The notes below the pieces were generated by a model. That model searched no databases and had not been told where the DNA came from. It was given only the letters and a program-made list of their open reading frames with translations. A stretch of 64,000 bases of DNA, taken from positions 1-64,000 of the forward strand of contig JAVKOQ020000022.1 of assembly GCA_031835245.2 (NCBI GenBank), given 5' to 3'. The stretch comes from Balamuthia mandrillaris. Lineage: Eukaryota. Positions 61,501 to 64,000 of this stretch are shown piece after piece. How positions within the stretch are numbered: the first letter of the stretch is position 1; each line of letters begins with the position of its first letter. The position numbers and the translations under genes were made by a program.

Positions 61501-64000
61501 TCTTCTTCTGCCTGCATTACTTTTTCAGACTGATGAAGTTTTGCCATGTAAATATGTTCCCAACCCAACATTGCTTTGGCGGTTACCGCCACAACAGTGG
61601 GTTCGCTACGTATGCTTTCCTCTCTCTTCCGTTTATTCTTCGCACTGACCTTCTTTCGTGGTGCAGGAAATCCCCATTGCAGTTCAAGTGGTGGATTCGG
61701 CGGCACATTTGCTATCTCGACTTTTTGTTGAACAGTCCCGAAATAATCGAATTCCAATGTTAGAACATTTTGCCAACAGCATCAAGGTTAGTTGATTTTT
61801 TTCTTCTCACTTTATTGACCAAAATACATTAACGCTCCATACAGACAAGTCAACAAGAACGCATTGCAGTGCAAAGCAATGTGCTCTGCTTTTTATATCT
61901 AGCCCTTAAGATACTCTATGGCCAGGGCAAATCATTTGGTGCCACTAAGCTTGCGGCTGGTGCGAGAGACATCGCACTGGGTTCGTTTCCGTCCTCTCGT
62001 GTTACAAAGGCTTTTCACATACCAACCTCACTTTCGTTCAAATAGGATGTAGCACCAATCCATATGTTCCTGTTAGACGAATGGCGGGAGAGTCTCTTGG
62101 CATGCTCTCACGTATTGAAGGAGATAAATTTACCGATGGCCTTATACGTTATCTTTTGACCCAGGTTGTTGCATGTTATGTTTTGTAGCTTTCCTGCCTT
62201 GTACTGATTTTGTTCCGAGCAACAGGTAAAGTCAAAGAACCTAGAGGTCAAGGCCATCAGTGCTTTTCTTCTTGGTTGTGTGCATAGGTCTGTGGGAGGC
62301 ATACGTTCTGCTCCATATCTGACCGTTACTGCAGATCACCTTCGTGAACTTTGCCAAGACGCCCATCCAACCGTTTGTATCTGGGCTCTTCATGCATTGT
62401 GGCTTACTATCGATGCTGCTGGTATATTTTTCTCCTCGTTTCTTTTTTTTAAGCTTTTCTTTTCTCTCTTTTTTTAAAAAAAATGATTGTAATCCTTGTT
62501 TATGCATTTATATTCGCAGGCATTACCTTCGGAAGCAGATCTCAAAACGCTCTGGACTTAGTCATTTCGCAAATGATGGTCGAACGCAATGAAAAAGATG
62601 ACCTACAAAAGGTTTATCGCTGCATTGGGAGAGTGGTGAATGCAGTTGTCACCGCGTTGGGTCCAGAGCTGAGACCGTCGTCTGCGTTAATGCTATCCTG
62701 CGATGCCGTAGTTTCTCAACTGAGGGTAGGACGTACCAAACATTTTTTTTTTTTTTTGCACAAATGTTAATTTCCTTTGTTTTGTCTTGTGCTTTTCATT
62801 TTCTCACCTTTAGCAGAGCGAGGGCGCATTAGTAAGATTGGAGTCTATCCACTTTTTACAAAGGCTAATGTTGTTTGCCCCACACACCGTGGAAATATCT
62901 AGTTTTCTGCCGTTCCTTTGTTCGCAATTTGCCAGCGAGTCGCCTCTAGTCCGTAAAGCTGCTTTGATCTGTCTCAGGCAGTGCACGCAGCTTCCCAGCT
63001 CAGAGGTTGTGCACACTTCTCCTTTGCAAATTGAACTCCTCCTCTGGAAAATGGTATCGTTACATAGCATCATGTTGCCCCTCTTTGTGTTGTGTGTGGT
63101 TTTATTTGCTTGTTTATTAGTTTATTGGTTGTTCTTTTTTGGCTATGTTTTTCACTACGAATAACTCATACTGGATTGCGTTTGTTGTGTGGTCCTAACT
63201 CCCCAGCTTGATAAGGAGACAGAGGAATCCATAAGAGCAGAAATTCGTCAATTAATAACAGGATTGCAGGAACGGTGGGCTCCTGAAGAACCAGTGCCTT
63301 ACCTACTGCTGTGCAGGCAGGTTGTACTGTCAACCACCCGTTCCGCCAAAGGCGGTAGTAGCGTGCAGGTTACAGAGGTAAAGGAAGCTGATGATGAAGC
63401 GGAGAGAGAAGACAGTGACGAAAGTGAATCGGAGGAGCCATCCGGAGTAGAGCCCGTATCTGGACCGGAGTCCCAAATACCCGATCAACCGGAGCCAGCT
63501 GTGATAGGCTTTGTTCCAAGGTAGCAACCTAGTTGTTTGTTTGGTAATGCATGCCTGCTTACAACGGGTTGTCGGCCTTTCTTTGTACTAATAGGTGGAG
63601 AACCAAAGTATTTGCTATGCAGCGTCTAGAGTCCATTCTTCGGCTTGCGGACACTAACCAACGACACCATTTCGACTTAGCCATGGCACGTAAGGAAGCC
63701 CTCAAAAATGTGTCATCAGCCACAGCCAACATCTCTCCGCGCCTTACGAACAGTTCATTCCTTGTCACCAAATTGGCGGACTTAGTCGGTGTTGCTTTTT
63801 CTGCTACTACTTCAGATATTCCTTCCCTTCGTCCATTTGGCATGCGAGTCATGCGTGCAGTTATTGAGGTAATCAATCATTGCTTCCTCTACCAACAATA
63901 GTGGACTAAGCAATAATTTTCACTTGCACGTAGCTTTTTGGAGAAGGAGAAGATCCTGATTACAGAGGTCACAAGTTGTTGGAGCAATACCAAGCACAAA
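58503..64000 (+). CDS. HEATR5: HEAT repeat-containing protein 5 (HEATR5/Laa1); runs off the window end
   Basis: 'GWTLLGAIMSLG', 'LLGCVHRSVGG', 'WALHALWLTIDAAG', 'RWRTKVFA', 'DPDYRGHKLLEQYQAQ'. Confidence 0.9.

Overview
Intron-rich, gene-dense eukaryotic DNA, probably from an amoebozoan-type protist (inferred from short GT-AG introns, gene content and Ty3/gypsy chromoviruses). Host genes: EPG5-like, VTA1, PSMA4, a penta-EF-hand protein, a RhoGAP, an AAA-ATPase-like/PD-(D/E)XK gene, alanyl-tRNA synthetase, a universal stress protein, fumarase, COPG, a DUF3592-like membrane protein, an ankyrin-TKL kinase and HEATR5. A transposon island at about 17.5-33.4 kb holds a nearly full-length chromovirus, two solo LTRs of the same family, a second decayed gypsy, a LINE fragment and a RAG1/Transib/Chapaev-like transposase remnant. 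The best find is not in the ORF track. A 340-bp element at 49023-49362 (minus strand) encodes the C-terminal zinc ribbon and RuvC-III motif of a TnpB/Fanzor nuclease (CTWC...CGRRDC...DRDINGARNILLR), followed by a structured ~112-nt putative omegaRNA scaffold. A second ~93% identical scaffold copy (8859-8968) lies in the last intron of the EPG5-like gene, and its terminal CAG is the in-frame 3' splice acceptor. All calls were made by eye; no database search was run.
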